DNA of 64,000 bases from an uncultured Clostridia bacterium. GTDB taxonomy: Bacteria; Bacillota; Clostridia; Oscillospirales; SIG627. Every line of letters begins with the position of its first letter. Position 1 is the first letter of the stretch. Positions 62,045-64,000 of this stretch are shown here, in pieces. Made by a program: the position numbers and the translations under genes. The notes below the pieces were generated by a model that was not told where the DNA came from, did no database searches, and saw only the letters and a program-made list of their open reading frames with translations. The DNA is taken from assembly GCA_947589595.1 (NCBI GenBank), contig CANQBV010000001.1, positions 810-64,809 of the forward strand, in the 5' to 3' direction.

Positions 62045-63946
62045 TTGAATAAAACAATACGAGCATTTTTGTGCGTGCTTTTGGGGCTGAGCCTGTTTGT
62101 GCTCTCCGGATGCGGCGCAGTGCTTTCGACCAAAATGACGATCGACAAAAATTTTAACGGCACCCGTGAGATTTTTGTCAAAATCGATAACGGCGACCTG
62201 AGCTATGTCGAGGGCGGCCTTGCGGCCCTGGAAACCGTGATCCAAAATCATATTCCCAAAGAAATGACCTACAGCATGACGGCCGATGATTCTTCCTCTA
62301 CGTTTTGCTTTGTTATTTCCTATTCCGGTCTGGAGGATTATCGCGCCAAGGTCGAAAAGATCATTGCTGCCGGTGAACTGGATCTGGAACCGACGGTCGT
62401 TTATGAAAAAGAGGATTCCTACTTCAAAACCGGGATCGCCTATCAGGAAAACTTTACTTCGGCGGATCTTTTGCAGTGGTATTTTAACGCGCTTCAAGAA
62501 GCCAATATCATTTCGCAGTCTTCTTCGGACTGGTATGAATTGGGAACCGATACTCTGATCTTGGAGGATCAGGAATATTCCGGTATGCCGCATCGGTTTG
62601 AAATCGATGAACAGGTCTTTCGTTGTCTGGATAAGATCGAGGTGGAAACCGTACTGAAAACAGACGGCACGATCGAGCGCACCATCGCCATGACCGCTTC
62701 CAAATCGGTCAAAGAGGAATTGGCAAAGGTGGGCTGCCAGCTCGACAGCTACCTGCAGGCGCTGTGCCCCGAGGGCGATTCCTTTATCGCGGAAGAAGAC
62801 GGCGAGTATTCCGGAAAAACCCGCTATCAGTTCACCTTGACGGCGGATTCCGCCGAGGCCATCACAGAAAAAACCAACCGCATCCTGCAAACCGAAAATG
62901 CGCTCAGGATTGAGCTTGCCGTGCGGGAGGAAGAACCGGGCGTAGCGGATGTAAAGGTCACCGAGTCTCTGGACGGTTCGTTCTATTTAAACAGTACCGA
63001 CGGCTATTATTACCAGAATAAGCTTACCAGCGCCATAAAAGTATATGACAACATAACGCTTGCCGAGGATGCGAATTTTTCCTATTCTTTCACGGATGAC
63101 GGCACGATCCGGTATTATCCGAAAGACGGAGAGGAATATTCTTTCAACTGTGTTTGGAAAATCGGTTTTCAGTCGGTGGATCTGAAAGCTTCTGCCTCCA
63201 ATGCCGAGAAGCTTGCGTTGACTTTCGTCTTTACCGATGCCGAAGGGCTGCGCGATGAGGTGAAGGCCTCCGCGCGTACTGCACTGGAGCAGGCGGCCAT
63301 TGCTGCCGGCGGTAATTTCAGCGCCGGCGATACCAGCTGCACCGTTACGTTTTCCGGCCCGATCGCTGAAGTGGAGCAGCAGGTCAATGCCATGATCTCT
63401 TCCTATGTGCCGAAAGAGGAGAAAGAGGAAGGAACCGGCACCCGGTATTTCAGCGTCACGCTGAAAGAATTCGATACTTCTTCCAAATTTACCGGCGGCA
63501 TGACGGGCGAAATCTATTATGACCTCGCGCCCATGCTTGGGCAGGCGTCGCTGCGCTTGATCCATGAAAACGGCCTGTTCCATGACGTCTATTACGTTTG
63601 CCCGCAGTCCAGTGAGGAAGACGGCGTACTGATTGCGCCTGTCAGGGCATCGGTTACGTTCTACGACGTGCGCGTTTCTGCAGTCAGCGTCGTATTGCTG
63701 ATCGTATTTGCGCTTCTGCTGCTGGCCGGCATTGTTTGCACCGTAGTCTTCCGCAAAGAGTTTGCAAAATTCGGCGCCCGATTCGCGTCTGCGAAAAAGC
63801 CCGCCGCTCCGGCCGCCGCACAGCCTTCCACTCCGCAGACTCAGCCGCCGTTGGCCTCTGCACCCGAAGCGCCGCCCGCTGCTTTGCAGCCGACGCAAGA
63901 AAACGCCGAAACCGATTCGGAGAAGGAGGAGGACGAGCTGTTATGA
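62045..63946 (+). CDS. hypothetical lipoprotein with an additional C-terminal TM helix and a Pro/Ala-rich acidic tail
   Basis: 633 aa. TTG start 10 nt after AAAGGAG (62028-62034), which is required to retain the signal peptide. Canonical lipobox LFVLSGC; C-terminal TM VSVVLLIVFALLLLAGIVCTVVF; tail PAAPAAAQPSTPQTQPP...EKEEDELL. Confidence 0.65.
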   Translation: MNKTIRAFLCVLLGLSLFVLSGCGAVLSTKMTIDKNFNGTREIFVKIDNGDLSYVEGGLAALETVIQNHIPKEMTYSMTADDSSSTFCFVISYSGLEDYRAKVEKIIAAGELDLEPTVVYEKEDSYFKTGIAYQENFTSADLLQWYFNALQEANIISQSSSDWYELGTDTLILEDQEYSGMPHRFEIDEQVFRCLDKIEVETVLKTDGTIERTIAMTASKSVKEELAKVGCQLDSYLQALCPEGDSFIAEEDGEYSGKTRYQFTLTADSAEAITEKTNRILQTENALRIELAVREEEPGVADVKVTESLDGSFYLNSTDGYYYQNKLTSAIKVYDNITLAEDANFSYSFTDDGTIRYYPKDGEEYSFNCVWKIGFQSVDLKASASNAEKLALTFVFTDAEGLRDEVKASARTALEQAAIAAGGNFSAGDTSCTVTFSGPIAEVEQQVNAMISSYVPKEEKEEGTGTRYFSVTLKEFDTSSKFTGGMTGEIYYDLAPMLGQASLRLIHENGLFHDVYYVCPQSSEEDGVLIAPVRASVTFYDVRVSAVSVVLLIVFALLLLAGIVCTVVFRKEFAKFGARFASAKKPAAPAAAQPSTPQTQPPLASAPEAPPAALQPTQENAETDSEKEEDELL

Positions 63947-64000
63947 CAAAATTTCCTGTTAAAGTTTGTATCGCCCTGCTGGCGGTTTTGGTGGGTCTGA
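63943..64000 (+). CDS. 5' end of a further ORF encoding a signal peptide or TM start (truncated by the window edge)
   Basis: ATG 63943 forms an ATGA overlap with the preceding stop. Translation begins MTKFPVKVCIALLAVLVGL. Confidence 0.4.
   Translation, partial: MTKFPVKVCIALLAVLVGL

Overview
64-kb chromosomal window, roughly mid-50s % GC by eye. Gene order and RBS style look like Firmicutes/Clostridia, but the taxon is inference only. Most of the window is conserved housekeeping: clpX-clpP-tig; relA-dtd plus a HemZ-like radical-SAM gene; a complete hisZGDCBHAF(IE) operon behind a YerC/TrpR-like gene; rlmB; dprA-topA-plsX-rnc-smc-ftsY-nadD/yqeK-rsfS-leuS; rpsU-asd-rarA; rpsF-ssb-rpsR-secG-rpmB; and two tRNAs (Thr-CGU, Arg-CCG). 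Many adjacent genes are translationally coupled by ATGA overlaps. The most interesting part is a ~16-kb accessory block between relA and the his operon (about 13.8-29.7 kb). It has four adjacent genes carrying five copies of an uncharacterised Cys...His...Glu module (NlpC/P60-like residue order): three are lipoproteins and one is a signal-less two-module fusion. These are followed by a circularly permuted (His before Cys) papain-like protein and a tightly coupled five-gene operon: OmpR-type regulator, histidine kinase, membrane-anchored Amidase_2, TVP38 protein, and a fused MacB/FtsX-type ABC transporter with a large extracytoplasmic domain. By analogy with FtsEX control of NlpC/P60 and CHAP hydrolases, I propose this block is a sensor-controlled, ABC-driven envelope hydrolase system; this is a hypothesis, not a demonstrated function. 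Other items worth a second look: a self-contained ~290-nt purine-rich intergenic transcription unit built from three degenerate ~78-nt repeats (candidate ncRNA or protein-binding leader); a P-type ATPase homologue with all catalytic motifs degenerated and a ~290-aa acidic N-terminus; and a NadD-YqeK fusion. I saw no CRISPR array, transposase, integrase or rRNA. I could not run any database or structure searches, so all family assignments rest on motifs I recognise in the translations.
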